From NCBI GenBank assembly GCA_000996355.1, contig LCAH01000002.1, forward strand, positions 29,703 to 93,702: a DNA stretch of 64,000 nucleotides. Direction: 5' to 3'. The DNA is from Candidatus Uhrbacteria bacterium GW2011_GWC2_41_11. Lineage in GTDB: Bacteria > Patescibacteriota > Patescibacteriia > UBA9934 > GWF2-40-263. The position numbers and the translations under genes were made by a program. Within the stretch, counting starts at the first letter, position 1. Each line of letters begins with the position of its first letter. Under the pieces are notes generated by a model. The model had not been told where the DNA came from. It did not search any database and saw only the letters and a list, made by a program, of their open reading frames with translations. Below are positions 19,321 through 30,439 of the stretch, in pieces.

Positions 19321-20436
19321 ATGATTGGTACTCTTTTGTTATTTCTTCTCGTTCTTTCTTTGCTTGTTTTTGCCCATGAATTTGGTCATTTTATAACCGC
19401 AAAAAAAATGGGAATGAAGGTCGAAGAATTTGGATTTGGGTTTCCTCCGCGGCTTTGGGGCGTTCGCAAAGGAGAGACTATATATTCTATAAATTGGATT
19501 CCTCTTGGAGGATTTGTAAAAATTAAAGGAGAGTCTGGAGAGCAAAAAAATGATTCAGACAGTTTTGCAAGCAAACCAGCATGGCGCCGTTTTTTGGTTT
19601 TAATTGCAGGAGTTGCCATGAATATGATTCTGGCAGCTATTCTTCTTTCGTTTGGATTTATGGCTGGCCTTCCGACTGTTGTTGATAGCTCATTATCTTC
19701 TCAAGCTCGATTAAGTGATGAAAATATTCGAATCATGTCTGTGCTTTCAGAGAGTCCGGGAGAAAAAGCAGGTTTAGAAGGAGGAGATGTTCTTCTTTCT
19801 ATCAATGATTCTGTTTTCTCTTCTGCAGATGGAGCAAGACAATATATACAAGAACATGCAGATCAAGAATTACGTTTTGTCATTAAACGTGAAGAAACAT
19901 ATTTGACCATTCCTGTGACTGCAGGGCCATTGCCTGGAATGACAGCTGTTGGGGTTGGAGTCGGTCTTGTAAAGACAGCGCTTGTTTCCTATCCATGGTA
20001 TTTGGCCATTCCACATGGGGTTGCTGCAGCAGGAATATTTGTTTGGGAAGTTCTTCGAGCATTTTGGAATTTGCTTGCAAGCCTTGTTGTGCACCAGGAA
20101 GTAGCTGTTGATTTGTCTGGACCTGTTGGAATCGCGGTTATGACTGGTCAAGCTGCTGCAATGGGGTTTGTTTATCTTTTACAATTTACCGCCATTCTTT
20201 CTATTAATTTGGCTGTTGTGAATCTGCTTCCGTTTCCTGCCCTTGATGGAGGACGAGTCTTCTTTCTCCTCATTGAAAAAATACGCCGTCGAGCTGTAGA
20301 CGAACGGATTGAAGCGTTGGTACATAACCTTGGATTTGTTGTCTTGATGGGATTGGTACTTTTGGTGACTTTCCGTGATCTTGCACGATTCGGTGGACAG
20401 ATTTTGAATGTGGTAAAACAGTTGGTCGGAGCATAA
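19321..20436 (+). CDS. rseP: Site-2 protease RseP-like (M50 zinc metalloprotease with PDZ domain)
   Basis: HEFGHF (HExxH) in the first TM. PDZ-like segment. C-terminal LDGG motif. Confidence 0.8.
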   Translation: MIGTLLLFLLVLSLLVFAHEFGHFITAKKMGMKVEEFGFGFPPRLWGVRKGETIYSINWIPLGGFVKIKGESGEQKNDSDSFASKPAWRRFLVLIAGVAMNMILAAILLSFGFMAGLPTVVDSSLSSQARLSDENIRIMSVLSESPGEKAGLEGGDVLLSINDSVFSSADGARQYIQEHADQELRFVIKREETYLTIPVTAGPLPGMTAVGVGVGLVKTALVSYPWYLAIPHGVAAAGIFVWEVLRAFWNLLASLVVHQEVAVDLSGPVGIAVMTGQAAAMGFVYLLQFTAILSINLAVVNLLPFPALDGGRVFFLLIEKIRRRAVDERIEALVHNLGFVVLMGLVLLVTFRDLARFGGQILNVVKQLVGA

Positions 20437-20457
20437 AATTTTTAGGATTTTCTCATT

Positions 20458-21492
20458 TTGAATTGTATGGAATTGCAAACACAATTTGAATCATTGAAAC
20501 ACACATTTGAGAAGACATTGAAAACAACAGTTGATCTTGCTGGTCTGGAAGCTCTTCGAGTGGAATTTTTAGGAAGAAAAGGAAAGCTTGCGACCCTCAT
20601 GGCTCTTTTGAAAGATCTTTCAGAAGAAGAACGTCGAATGGTTGGAACGGTTGCTAATGAAACAAAACAAGCCATGGAACAAGCGTTTGATTCTGCGCTT
20701 GCAGCGATGAAGAACGAGAATATTTCATCTCATGCTTGGTTTGATGTTTCCGAACCGATTTTTCCAAAAGAATCATTTGGACATATTCATCCAGTGACAC
20801 AAATTCAGCAAGAATTGGAAGACTTGTTTACATCCATGGGATTTATGGTAGCTGATGGTCCAGAGCTCGAAAGTGATTATTACAATTTTACCGCACTCAA
20901 TATTCCTCCAACACATCCGGCACGCGACATGCAAGATACGTTTTATATCAAAGGGCATCCGGATCAAGTGATGCGTACTCAAACCTCACCAGTTCAAGTT
21001 CGCGCAATGCGAAAATATCGTGCGCCGATTCGGATGATTGTTCCGGGTCGCTGTTTTCGTAACGAGGCAACAGATGCGAGACATGAACATACATTTTATC
21101 AATTGGAAGGATTGGTAGTGGATAAAGATATTCATATTGGTCACATGAAAGGAGTTTTGGAAGAAGTGGCAAAACATTTGTATGACGGAGAAGCAAACGT
21201 GCGTCTTCTCCCAAAATTTTATCCATTCGTTGAACCAGGTGTGCGTGGAGAAATAACTTGTTTTCTTTGTCGCGGAACCGGATGTCGAGTATGTAAACAG
21301 TCTGGTTGGCTGGAAGTGTTAGGGGCAGGAATGGTACATCCGTCTGTATTACGTGAAGGAAATGTTGATCCAGAACAATATCAAGGATTTGCATTTGGGT
21401 TTGGCCTCTCAAGACTTGCCATGTTGAAATATGGAGTTGATGATAGTCGCCTTATGCAAAGCGGAGATATGAAATTTCTTACCCAATTTTGA
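20458..21492 (+). CDS. pheS: Phenylalanyl-tRNA synthetase alpha subunit
   Basis: Class II motifs: FRNEATDARHEHTFYQLEG and GAGMVHP. 344 aa. Confidence 0.9.
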   Translation: MNCMELQTQFESLKHTFEKTLKTTVDLAGLEALRVEFLGRKGKLATLMALLKDLSEEERRMVGTVANETKQAMEQAFDSALAAMKNENISSHAWFDVSEPIFPKESFGHIHPVTQIQQELEDLFTSMGFMVADGPELESDYYNFTALNIPPTHPARDMQDTFYIKGHPDQVMRTQTSPVQVRAMRKYRAPIRMIVPGRCFRNEATDARHEHTFYQLEGLVVDKDIHIGHMKGVLEEVAKHLYDGEANVRLLPKFYPFVEPGVRGEITCFLCRGTGCRVCKQSGWLEVLGAGMVHPSVLREGNVDPEQYQGFAFGFGLSRLAMLKYGVDDSRLMQSGDMKFLTQF

Positions 21493-21496
21493 TGAT

Positions 21497-23944
21497 ATGT
21501 TGATCTCAAAAAAATGGCTTCAAGATTTCGTTGATTTACCTTCTCATGTTTCAGACGAGGAAATAGCAAATCGTATTACGTTGAGTACGGTTGAGGTAGA
21601 AAAAATGGAATCGCAAGCAGCTTCATTGGAAAAAATTGTTGTTGGACAAATTTTGCAGGTGTATCCGCATCCGAATGCAGATCGACTTCGTGTTTGTGAT
21701 GTGAATGTGGGGAAGGAGACACTTTCCATTGTGTGTGGTGGATCTAATCTCCAAGAAGGAATGAAAGTGGCTGTGGCACTTGTTGGTGCAAAAGTGCGAT
21801 GGCATGGACAAGGAGATCTGGTCGAGATTCAACTAACGAAGCTGCGTGGAGTAGATTCGTTTGGCATGATTTGTTCAGCGAATGAAATTGGAATAGCAAC
21901 GGGAAAAGAAGGAGAACGGGAGGTGTTGGATGTGTCGATTCTTACAGCTGTTCCTGGAACATTACTTTCCGAAGCCCTTGAATTAAATGATGTTATTTTG
22001 GATGTTGATAACAAGTCGCTCACCAATCGGCCGGATCTTTTTAGTCATCGTGGCATGGCGCGTGAAATCGCTGCGCTTTTGGATACCACATTTCATGATG
22101 CAGAACCTCCTGTTCTTTCAAAGGGAGAGGGGTATGAACTTTCTGTGACGGTTGCTGATCCAGAATTGTGTCCACGTTATATGGGTGTTGTTCTTGATGG
22201 AATTCGTATTGAGCCATCACCTGATTGGATGCAAAAACGTTTACTCGCGGTTGGGATGCATCCGATCAATAATGTGGTTGATGTTACAAACTATGTGATG
22301 TTGGAAATGGGGCAATCGCTTCATGCATTTGATGCAAAAAAACTTGAGAATCAGTCTGGGGCAAAACAGACAATTGAAATTCGTGTTCAACGTGCACAAG
22401 ATGAAGAAACATTTGTGACTCTTGATGGAGAAGAACGCACGCTGGATGCTTCTATGCTCATGATTTGTGATGGAAAAAAATCTGTCACCCTTGCGGGAAT
22501 TATGGGAGGAAAAAATAGTGAAATTGATGAAAATACAACCGCAATTTTTCTTGAATCTGCAAATTTTCATCCTTCTTGTATTCGAACAACATCTCAAAAA
22601 CTTGGGTTGCGTTCCGAAGCATCGCTTCGATATGAAAAAAGTTTAGATCCACATCTGTCAGATGTTGCTTTGTGTCGAACAGTTGAATTACTTTGCCAAA
22701 TAATTCCAGGAGCACATGTGGTTTCCCCGGTTGCGGATGTGAGTCATTTTTCTTTGCATCAAGGTCCCATTCTTTTTTCCATGGAAAAATTGATTTCCAA
22801 AATTGGGATAGGAATCTCTTCCAAAGAAACAGAGGGAATTTTACAACGTCTCGGATTTGCGTTGAAAAAAGAAGGAGAAGATTTTTTGGTGACTATTCCA
22901 ACCTGGCGCGCTACAAAAGATATTTCCATTTTTGAAGATTTAGTTGAGGAAGTGGTGCGTGTCTATGGATATGATCGGATTCCTTGTTTGCTTCCTATGG
23001 GAAAGATGGAACCTCCAAAGCAGGATTTGTCACGTCTTTTGCAGCGACAAGTACGATCAATTCTTTCGCAGCATTTTTTTGCCACAGAAACGTACAATTA
23101 TAGTTTTGTGAGTCCTGCTATTCTTTCTGCCATGAAAGAAAATGTTTCTCTTTATATCGAACTTGAAAATCCTTTATCAAAAGAACGGCCATATTTAGTG
23201 CGAAGTCTTGTGCCGAATCTTTTGGAAAACGTGAAAAAAAATCAACATGGATTTGATCCTGTTTGTTTGTTTGAAATCGGACGCACTTATCTTCAAGAAG
23301 AACAAGGAGAAGAAAATGGAGAGACAAACACGTTTCTTCCTCGTCAGGATCATGTCCTTGGGCTCGTATTTGCAGGGAAGAGTGGTGACTCTCTTCACCA
23401 AGTGAAACGGATATGTGCGGGTTTATTGGAGACTCTTGGATATTCGTATATGTTTTCTCCGTTTCAAGAAAAAATGTTTTGGATGCAAAAAGGAATAAGT
23501 GCTTGTATTTCTGTTTGTGGAGAAGATGTTGGGTATTTCACAGAAGTAAAATCAGATGTTTTAGCAGAACTTGGAGTTGATGTTTCGACGACTGTTATGG
23601 AATTAAACCTCACAAAAATGACACAACTTCCAAAACAGAAAAAAGTGTATGAATTCATCCCGCTTTTTCCAGAAGGGAAACGCGATCTTGCATTTGTGAT
23701 AGGTGAACAGGTTGCTTATGGAGAAATGGAAAAAGTTCTTCGTGCTCAGACACCTCTTTTGCGCGGAATAGAATTGTTTGATGTCTATACGGGAAAAGGA
23801 ATTCCAGAAGGAAAAAAATCTATTGCCCTTCATTTTGTTTTCAGAGCTGATGATCACACTCTTTCATCAGAAGAAGTGGACGGAATCATGGAAAATATTC
23901 GACGTGTATTAGAAGAACAATTTTTTGCGATTGTGCGTGGGTAA
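21497..23944 (+). CDS. pheT: Phenylalanyl-tRNA synthetase beta subunit
   Basis: 815 aa. tRNA-binding OB domain at the N-terminus. B3/B4 and FDX-ACB-like domains. Directly follows pheS. Confidence 0.9.
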   Translation: MLISKKWLQDFVDLPSHVSDEEIANRITLSTVEVEKMESQAASLEKIVVGQILQVYPHPNADRLRVCDVNVGKETLSIVCGGSNLQEGMKVAVALVGAKVRWHGQGDLVEIQLTKLRGVDSFGMICSANEIGIATGKEGEREVLDVSILTAVPGTLLSEALELNDVILDVDNKSLTNRPDLFSHRGMAREIAALLDTTFHDAEPPVLSKGEGYELSVTVADPELCPRYMGVVLDGIRIEPSPDWMQKRLLAVGMHPINNVVDVTNYVMLEMGQSLHAFDAKKLENQSGAKQTIEIRVQRAQDEETFVTLDGEERTLDASMLMICDGKKSVTLAGIMGGKNSEIDENTTAIFLESANFHPSCIRTTSQKLGLRSEASLRYEKSLDPHLSDVALCRTVELLCQIIPGAHVVSPVADVSHFSLHQGPILFSMEKLISKIGIGISSKETEGILQRLGFALKKEGEDFLVTIPTWRATKDISIFEDLVEEVVRVYGYDRIPCLLPMGKMEPPKQDLSRLLQRQVRSILSQHFFATETYNYSFVSPAILSAMKENVSLYIELENPLSKERPYLVRSLVPNLLENVKKNQHGFDPVCLFEIGRTYLQEEQGEENGETNTFLPRQDHVLGLVFAGKSGDSLHQVKRICAGLLETLGYSYMFSPFQEKMFWMQKGISACISVCGEDVGYFTEVKSDVLAELGVDVSTTVMELNLTKMTQLPKQKKVYEFIPLFPEGKRDLAFVIGEQVAYGEMEKVLRAQTPLLRGIELFDVYTGKGIPEGKKSIALHFVFRADDHTLSSEEVDGIMENIRRVLEEQFFAIVRG

Positions 23945-23976
23945 GTGTACAATAAAAGAACATTTTCACTCAGATA

Positions 23977-24309
23977 ATGTTCCCTTGCAATTATATGTTT
24001 GAATCCCATGATATTTTATTTATTGTCTTGGCATTCTGCGCCCTTTGGTTTACGGCGTTTATTTGTTGGCTCATTTGGCAGGTGGCCATGATTTTGAGAA
24101 ACATCAATGAGACCATGACGGATGCGCGAGAAAAGATGGCAAAGATTGAAGAGGCTTTGACTGGGATGCGAAATCGTTTTGAACATCTGACATCTGGGGC
24201 AGGAGTTTTTGGAGAAGGAATTAAACGACTTCTAACGTATGCTATTTCATACGCTGCAGAACGAAAAATGTCGAAAAAAACAGGAAAAAAGAAGGAGGAC
24301 GATATATGA
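23977..24309 (+). CDS. Small membrane protein (hypothetical, 110 aa)
   Basis: One hydrophobic helix and a C-terminal basic tail. Its stop overlaps the next start (ATGA), suggesting translational coupling. Confidence 0.45.
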   Translation: MFPCNYMFESHDILFIVLAFCALWFTAFICWLIWQVAMILRNINETMTDAREKMAKIEEALTGMRNRFEHLTSGAGVFGEGIKRLLTYAISYAAERKMSKKTGKKKEDDI

Positions 24310-25373
24310 AACTACATATAAATCGTCATGCGATAAAAATTTCTCTTGCGGTTGGTTTTTTTGTTTTAGTGTTAGCCGGAGCGGTTGGGTTAAATGCAGC
24401 CATACGGAAGAGCGGAGGGATTCTTCCGTTTTTAGCAACATTACATCTTCCATTTAAACGCACCGAACAGGAATTATATTGGGCTCTTCGACATACATTT
24501 GAACAAAAGACCGCCACTGTTTCCATTGAAGCCACCATAGAAGGAGATCCTTCAAAAACAGGAAATACGTTTAGAACTGAAGGAATGTATTTATCTTGGA
24601 TGTCAAAAGGAATGAATCTTCCGGAAACGCGTTTTACGGAAAAAAAAGAAGAATCTCCTGTTGTAAGGACATCTCATCAAGGAATTTTTTCTGTAAAAGG
24701 AATGGAAGAGAAAAAGGCTTTAGATTTTTCTGTTGAATATCGGTTGATTCCGCCTGTGACCTATCTCAAAATGAATGGAGAAATATCATTACCAAGCGGA
24801 TTTCTGCTTCCATTGGGAAAAATAGCAGATAAATGGATTGCGATTGAAAAAGACATGAATGGATCCATGTTTGCAGCACTTTTGCCTGCGCCGCTTGAAT
24901 TTGCAAAAACATGCAAGGCAAATTCGGTCGTTATGCGTGAAACAATACAGTCTGTTCAACCGCTCCGTTTGTTTTCTTCTTTTTCCAAAAAACAAGAAGA
25001 TGAGACAGTTGCGAATATTGAAGAGTCTGTTCGACGATATACTTTGACGTTTAATAAAGAGGTGTGGCAGGAGGTTTTACAAAACTTCGTTGCTGCTGCC
25101 GGATGTTCCTCAAATAATACTGAACTTATGGATGCGATAAAGAATATTTCTTCTTTTGATGTGTTTGTTGGCGCCTCTTCCGGTTTTATTCGTGGAGTTG
25201 ATGTTGAGATGAAACCAACTCTTTCTATTCGTTTGTCAGAATTTGCTGTTCCGTTTGTTGTGGAAGTGCCGGAAGGGGCTGTTTCCATTCGTGAATTGCT
25301 TTTGGATATGATGAAGTCGCGTGGAGGATTTCGCGGACTTATGAATGGAGGAGGATTACTTCAAGGGTTATAA
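24306..25373 (+). CDS. Hypothetical exported/membrane-anchored protein (355 aa)
   Basis: N-terminal hydrophobic segment. No recognised motifs. Confidence 0.5.
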   Translation: MKLHINRHAIKISLAVGFFVLVLAGAVGLNAAIRKSGGILPFLATLHLPFKRTEQELYWALRHTFEQKTATVSIEATIEGDPSKTGNTFRTEGMYLSWMSKGMNLPETRFTEKKEESPVVRTSHQGIFSVKGMEEKKALDFSVEYRLIPPVTYLKMNGEISLPSGFLLPLGKIADKWIAIEKDMNGSMFAALLPAPLEFAKTCKANSVVMRETIQSVQPLRLFSSFSKKQEDETVANIEESVRRYTLTFNKEVWQEVLQNFVAAAGCSSNNTELMDAIKNISSFDVFVGASSGFIRGVDVEMKPTLSIRLSEFAVPFVVEVPEGAVSIRELLLDMMKSRGGFRGLMNGGGLLQGL

Positions 25374-25410
25374 TAGGTGTTAGGTGTGAGATTTTTTGAA
25401 AATAAAAAAA

Positions 25411-25445
25411 GCGCCCGACCTAGATGGTGGGGCGTTTTGTTGTTT
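25411..25445 (+). terminator. Putative rho-independent terminator
   Basis: GC stem (GCGCCC...GGGCG) with a large loop, then TTTTGTTGTTTTT. Preceded by an A-run. Confidence 0.45.
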
Positions 25446-25522
25446 TTAGGATCTGGTGTCTCTATCAGTTTTTTGTCCTGGATGGTACGCTTGTGACCAC
25501 AAACATTTCTCTCTATTGATGT

Positions 25523-28500
25523 ATGCCAAGTCGATTTGTTCACCTCCATGTTCACAGTCACTATTCCTTGCTTGAAGCACTGCCAAAAGTAAAACCCCTT
25601 ATTAAATCCATCAAAGAAAAAGGGATGGATGCATTTGCTCTTACAGATAATGGGGTGCTCTACGGCATTATTGAGGCGTATCAAAAAGCAGCAGATGAAG
25701 GCATCAAATTAATTGTTGGCATGGATGCGTACCTCGCACCTGCAGGACGTCATCAAAAGCGTGCACATATTGATACAAAACCAAACCGTCTTGTTTTGCT
25801 TGCAGAAAACATGGATGGATATCGGACACTTGTGCAATTGTCTTCCATTGGATTTTTGGAAGGTTTTTATTATAAGCCACGTATTGATCACGAAATTTTG
25901 AGAGAACTCTGTGAAGGGAAATCGCATGGGTTAATTGCATTGTCTGGAGGACGATTCGGAGAAATTGATCAAATGCTTTCCCATGGAAATCGTCCACAAA
26001 CAGAGATCTTGATTCAGGAGTATGTTCGGATTTTTGGAAAAGATCATTTTTTTCTCGAGCTTGTTGATCGTCCTGAAATGGCAGAACAACAGGCGATCAA
26101 TGCGCAATTGATTGAACTCGGACGCGCATTAGACGTCCCTGTAGTCGCAACAAAAAATGTTTTTTATCTAAAACCAGAGGAGGCAGAAGCATGGAAAATC
26201 CTTCAATGTGTGCAGGGAGGAAAAACATTAGAACACCTTGAACGTCTTCAAGCGACAGAGTACGACGCTTCATTGGTCACAGGAGAAATCATGGAAGAAC
26301 ATTTTAAAGATGTTCCGGAAGCCATTGAAAATACGCGCCGGATTGCCGATCGGTGTCAGGTTTCTTTTGAATTAGGAAAATGGAATTTTGCTCATTTTGA
26401 AATTCCAGAAGGCTTAACGCATTTGCAATATTTGCGTGAGCGTGCTGAACGTGAGCTTGCAGAAAAGGTTCCTGTGTTAACCGAAGAAATGCAAAAGCGT
26501 TTGAATTATGAGCTTTCTGTTATTGAAATGAAGGGATTCGCTCCCTATTTTTTAATCGTATCTGATTATATTGAATGGGCACGGCGTCATGGAATTGTTA
26601 CAACGACACGTGGATCTGCCGCTGGATCACTTGTGGGATATGCGATTGGTATTTCGACGGTAGACCCTCTTCGTTACAAATTACCGTTTGAACGTTTTTT
26701 GAATCCGGAACGTCCTTCTGCTCCGGACGTTGACGGTGATTTTGCGGATAATCGTCGAGATGAAATGTTGGCTTATGTGGCAGAAAAATATGGAAAAGAA
26801 AAAGTCGCTCAGATTTGTACATTTGGAACCATGATGGCTCGCGGGAGTGTGCGTGATGTCGGACGCGCGCTTGGATTGCCATACAGTTTTGTGGATGAAA
26901 TTGCGAAATTTGTTCCCATGGGAAGCCAGGGATTTCCGATGACATTGGAACGCGCGCTTCAAGAAGCTCCGGATTTGAAAAAACGATATGATACCGATCC
27001 TCAAGTACGGCGATTGATTGATCTTGCAAAACGCATCGAAGGGTGTGCACGACATGTTTCCATTCACGCGGCTGGGGTGGTGATTGCGCCGAGTCCACTT
27101 ACGGATTTCACTCCATTACAGATTGAAACACGAGAGGGAAAAGTCATCACGCAGTATGAAATGAAATCCGTGGAAGCAGCCGGTCTTTTGAAAATGGACT
27201 TTCTTGGAATTCGTAACCTTTCTATTTTGGGAGATGCAGTAAAGATTATAAAAAAGACAAAAGGAGTAATAATTGTTCTTGAAAAAATTCCCGTTGATGA
27301 TGAAAAAACATTCGAACTTCTCGCAAAAGGTTATACCATGGGAACATTTCAGCTGAATGGAGATGGAATGACAAAGTATCTTATGGAACTGCGGCCTGAA
27401 CGTATTGAAGACATTATGGCTATGGTCGCCTTGTATCGACCTGGCCCAATTGAATCCATTCCGGAGTATATTCGTCGTAAACACGATCCATCTCTTGTGC
27501 GCTATCTTGATCCGCGTTTGAAAACGATTCTTGATCAGTCCTATGGAGTGATTGTGTATCAAGATGACGTCATGTTGATTGCAATTCATCTTGCCGGATA
27601 TTCCTGGCTTGAGGCAGATAAGCTTCGAAAGGCTATGGGAAAAAAGATTCCGGAAGAAATGGCAAAACAAAAAGAAAAACTCCTTCAAGGATTGGCAAAA
27701 CATGGTATGGGTGCGGAAAAAGCCCAGCGTCTTTGGAAACTTATTGAACCGTTTGCCGCATATGGGTTTAATAAAGCACACGCGGCAAGTTATGGCATGA
27801 TTGCATATGATACAGCCTATTTAAAAGCAAATTTTCCTGCGGAATACATGTCCGCACTCATGACTGCTGAATCTGACGATCTTGAAATGATTGCTTCTGC
27901 TGTGAAGGAGTGTGAACGTATAGGGATTCAAGTTCTTCCTCCGGATATCAATGAGTCTCGTTCAACGTTTACGTATATCAATGATGAGACAATTCGTTTC
28001 GGGTTGCTTGTGATTAAAAATCTTGGGGAAGAAGTGATTAAATCTATAATTGAAGAACGCGAAATACATGGACCATTTAAAGATCTTGCAGATTTTGCCG
28101 AACGTGTTCATCATCGTGCATTTACGAAAAAATCCTTGGAAGCACTGATCAAAGCCGGAGCACTTGACCGATTTGGAGAACGACAACAACTGCTTGAAAA
28201 CATGGAACAAATTCTCCAATTCAATAAACAGACTCAGCAGCGCAAAGCACAGAGTCAAACATCATTGTTTGACCTTGTTCCAGCGCTCGCAGGAGAAAAA
28301 TTGCGTTTACGTCCGAGTCCGCAAGCCGGACGTCGAGAATTACTTTCTTGGGAAAAAGAATTTTTGGGATTGTATGTTACGGCGCATCCTTATCGTGAAA
28401 TAGCTGAGCGACTGACTCCGTTTCTTACATCTTATGGAGATCTTCCTTTCGTGGAAGAAGGGAAGTTTGTGCGGTGTGGGGGTCTTGTGACATTTGTGAA

Positions 28501-29077
28501 ACCCATCATGACAAAAAAAGGGGAACCAATGGCATTTGTTGGATTGGATGATGGAACAACGGTTTCAGAAGCGATTTTTTTTCCGCGTGTTTATGCTCAA
28601 TTTCAAGGAACGCTGCATGAGGAACGTATCGTGCTTGTTTCAGCGAAAATTTCCAAAAAGGATGGAGACAGTCCAAAGTTGCTTGTAAACAGCATGATTG
28701 TCGTGGATGAGACACAATTAGAAAACGTTGTTTCTATGTTGGAAAATGGACAATGGATTCCTGATTCTGGAACTTCATATGAAGAAACATCTGTGACACC
28801 TCCCGCGCCTGTTTCAACAAATTCGTTTTCCATTCCTCAAAAAGAATTCGAAGAGAAAAAAATAGAAATTACTCTTGAAGGGAAACCTTCTCCAGAAACC
28901 ATGGAACGTCTTCGTATTTTGTTTCAGAATGCTCCAGGGGTATGTCGTGTTTCTTTTTTAGTAAAGACTGGAGGGCAAAATCGGCACATTGAAACAGACT
29001 ATCGTGTGAATTCAACTTCTGGATGGATAGATGAATTAGCGGCTATTGTTGGTCGTCAAAATATTGTTTTTATTTGA
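25523..29077 (+). CDS. dnaE: DNA polymerase III alpha subunit
   Basis: 1184 aa. N-terminal PHP domain (VHLHVHSHYSLLEA). Polymerase core, OB fold and C-terminal region. Confidence 0.9.
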   Translation: MPSRFVHLHVHSHYSLLEALPKVKPLIKSIKEKGMDAFALTDNGVLYGIIEAYQKAADEGIKLIVGMDAYLAPAGRHQKRAHIDTKPNRLVLLAENMDGYRTLVQLSSIGFLEGFYYKPRIDHEILRELCEGKSHGLIALSGGRFGEIDQMLSHGNRPQTEILIQEYVRIFGKDHFFLELVDRPEMAEQQAINAQLIELGRALDVPVVATKNVFYLKPEEAEAWKILQCVQGGKTLEHLERLQATEYDASLVTGEIMEEHFKDVPEAIENTRRIADRCQVSFELGKWNFAHFEIPEGLTHLQYLRERAERELAEKVPVLTEEMQKRLNYELSVIEMKGFAPYFLIVSDYIEWARRHGIVTTTRGSAAGSLVGYAIGISTVDPLRYKLPFERFLNPERPSAPDVDGDFADNRRDEMLAYVAEKYGKEKVAQICTFGTMMARGSVRDVGRALGLPYSFVDEIAKFVPMGSQGFPMTLERALQEAPDLKKRYDTDPQVRRLIDLAKRIEGCARHVSIHAAGVVIAPSPLTDFTPLQIETREGKVITQYEMKSVEAAGLLKMDFLGIRNLSILGDAVKIIKKTKGVIIVLEKIPVDDEKTFELLAKGYTMGTFQLNGDGMTKYLMELRPERIEDIMAMVALYRPGPIESIPEYIRRKHDPSLVRYLDPRLKTILDQSYGVIVYQDDVMLIAIHLAGYSWLEADKLRKAMGKKIPEEMAKQKEKLLQGLAKHGMGAEKAQRLWKLIEPFAAYGFNKAHAASYGMIAYDTAYLKANFPAEYMSALMTAESDDLEMIASAVKECERIGIQVLPPDINESRSTFTYINDETIRFGLLVIKNLGEEVIKSIIEEREIHGPFKDLADFAERVHHRAFTKKSLEALIKAGALDRFGERQQLLENMEQILQFNKQTQQRKAQSQTSLFDLVPALAGEKLRLRPSPQAGRRELLSWEKEFLGLYVTAHPYREIAERLTPFLTSYGDLPFVEEGKFVRCGGLVTFVKPIMTKKGEPMAFVGLDDGTTVSEAIFFPRVYAQFQGTLHEERIVLVSAKISKKDGDSPKLLVNSMIVVDETQLENVVSMLENGQWIPDSGTSYEETSVTPPAPVSTNSFSIPQKEFEEKKIEITLEGKPSPETMERLRILFQNAPGVCRVSFLVKTGGQNRHIETDYRVNSTSGWIDELAAIVGRQNIVFI

Positions 29078-29127
29078 AGAGAAAAAAGAACATGTGATAT
29101 ACTTCCCTTAATAAAAAAGGAGGACTC

Positions 29128-30393
29128 ATGGAATCATCGAAACAAGAAAAACGAAAAATACCCGGGTCACGAAAAGCAACTCCAAGGCGGGCTATAAAAA
29201 AGAGTGCACAGTCCGTCATGCCTGAAATTTCCGTGGCACCGATTTTACCGTCGCGAACCCCATCGCCGTCTTTGCGTTTGTATCGGCGTATTGCAGGTCT
29301 GTTTGTGTTTTTTGTGACCGTTGTTTTGGTTATAGTGTTGTTTGTATCCACTGCGAAAGCAACGATTCATATTATTCCTCAACCTCAGACTGTTGAAGCT
29401 TCTTTTTTGGTCGATGTTGTTCAAACAGGAGTGATTGAGGGAAGAGTCAAGGGATCTGAAATAGAAAAAACGTTTGAACAAGCAAAAGAATTTCCTGTGT
29501 CAAACGGGGAAAAGAAAGAGGTTCTCGATAAGGCACAAGGACAAATAACAATCATCAATGAAACATCAAAAATACAACCATTGGTTGCGACCACACGTTT
29601 CTTGAGTTCAAAAGGAATTTTATTTCGTTTGGATAAGAGTGTTACTGTTCCTGCAAATGGAAAAATTGATGTTTCCGTTCATGCAGACCAATTAGGGCCA
29701 ACCGGAGATATTGAACCTGATCGATTTACGATTCCCGGTCTTTCGACGTCTTTACAGCCGGTCATTTATGGCGTGAGTTCAGTGTCAATGTCTGGAGGGC
29801 AACGATTTGTATCTGTGGTGACTCAGGAAGAATTGGATCAAGCTGCAACTGCGTTGGAAAAAGAAATGCTTGAAGCAGCTAAAGGAGAATTTCGTGGGCA
29901 GAAAGGAGATGCAGGTGGAGAAGTGTTTCAGTCAGAAATGATAAAAAAGGTAAGTAATACCATGCCTGGTGATGAAGCGGAAACATTTACCATTTCGCTT
30001 TCATTGCGAGTGACTGCTGTCTTTTACGATACAGAAGGAATCGAACAGTTAGCAGAAAGAAAGTTGTATGAACAATTAAGTCAGGGATTTACGTTTCTTT
30101 CTGTTCCTGTTGATCAAATGCATGTCACGGTAACAAATATTCTAAAAGAAACAAATGAAGCGCAGATTCGTGTGGAACTGACAGGTGTTTCTATCCTTTC
30201 TCCTACACACCCATTGCTTGATAAGAGTTCTATGGTCGGACGTTCACCAAAAGAATTAAAAGATCGTCTCACAAGTGCTGGTCTTGCTAGTGATGTTGTT
30301 GTCGAAATATTTCCTCCATGGATGAAAAAAATTCCTGCATTAAAAGATCATGTTGATGTGGTTGTTGATCCACCTATCTTAGAGAAGAAGTAA
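29128..30393 (+). CDS. Hypothetical membrane-anchored protein (basic N-terminus, one TM, ~340-aa extracytoplasmic region)
   Basis: Strong SD (aaggagg) 7 nt upstream. Hydrophobic helix LFVFFVTVVLVIVLFV. No family recognised. Confidence 0.5.
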   Translation: MESSKQEKRKIPGSRKATPRRAIKKSAQSVMPEISVAPILPSRTPSPSLRLYRRIAGLFVFFVTVVLVIVLFVSTAKATIHIIPQPQTVEASFLVDVVQTGVIEGRVKGSEIEKTFEQAKEFPVSNGEKKEVLDKAQGQITIINETSKIQPLVATTRFLSSKGILFRLDKSVTVPANGKIDVSVHADQLGPTGDIEPDRFTIPGLSTSLQPVIYGVSSVSMSGGQRFVSVVTQEELDQAATALEKEMLEAAKGEFRGQKGDAGGEVFQSEMIKKVSNTMPGDEAETFTISLSLRVTAVFYDTEGIEQLAERKLYEQLSQGFTFLSVPVDQMHVTVTNILKETNEAQIRVELTGVSILSPTHPLLDKSSMVGRSPKELKDRLTSAGLASDVVVEIFPPWMKKIPALKDHVDVVVDPPILEKK

Positions 30394-30439
30394 AGAGAAC
30401 GAAACCTTTACTTTTTTTTATACACTCTTTACACTAAGA

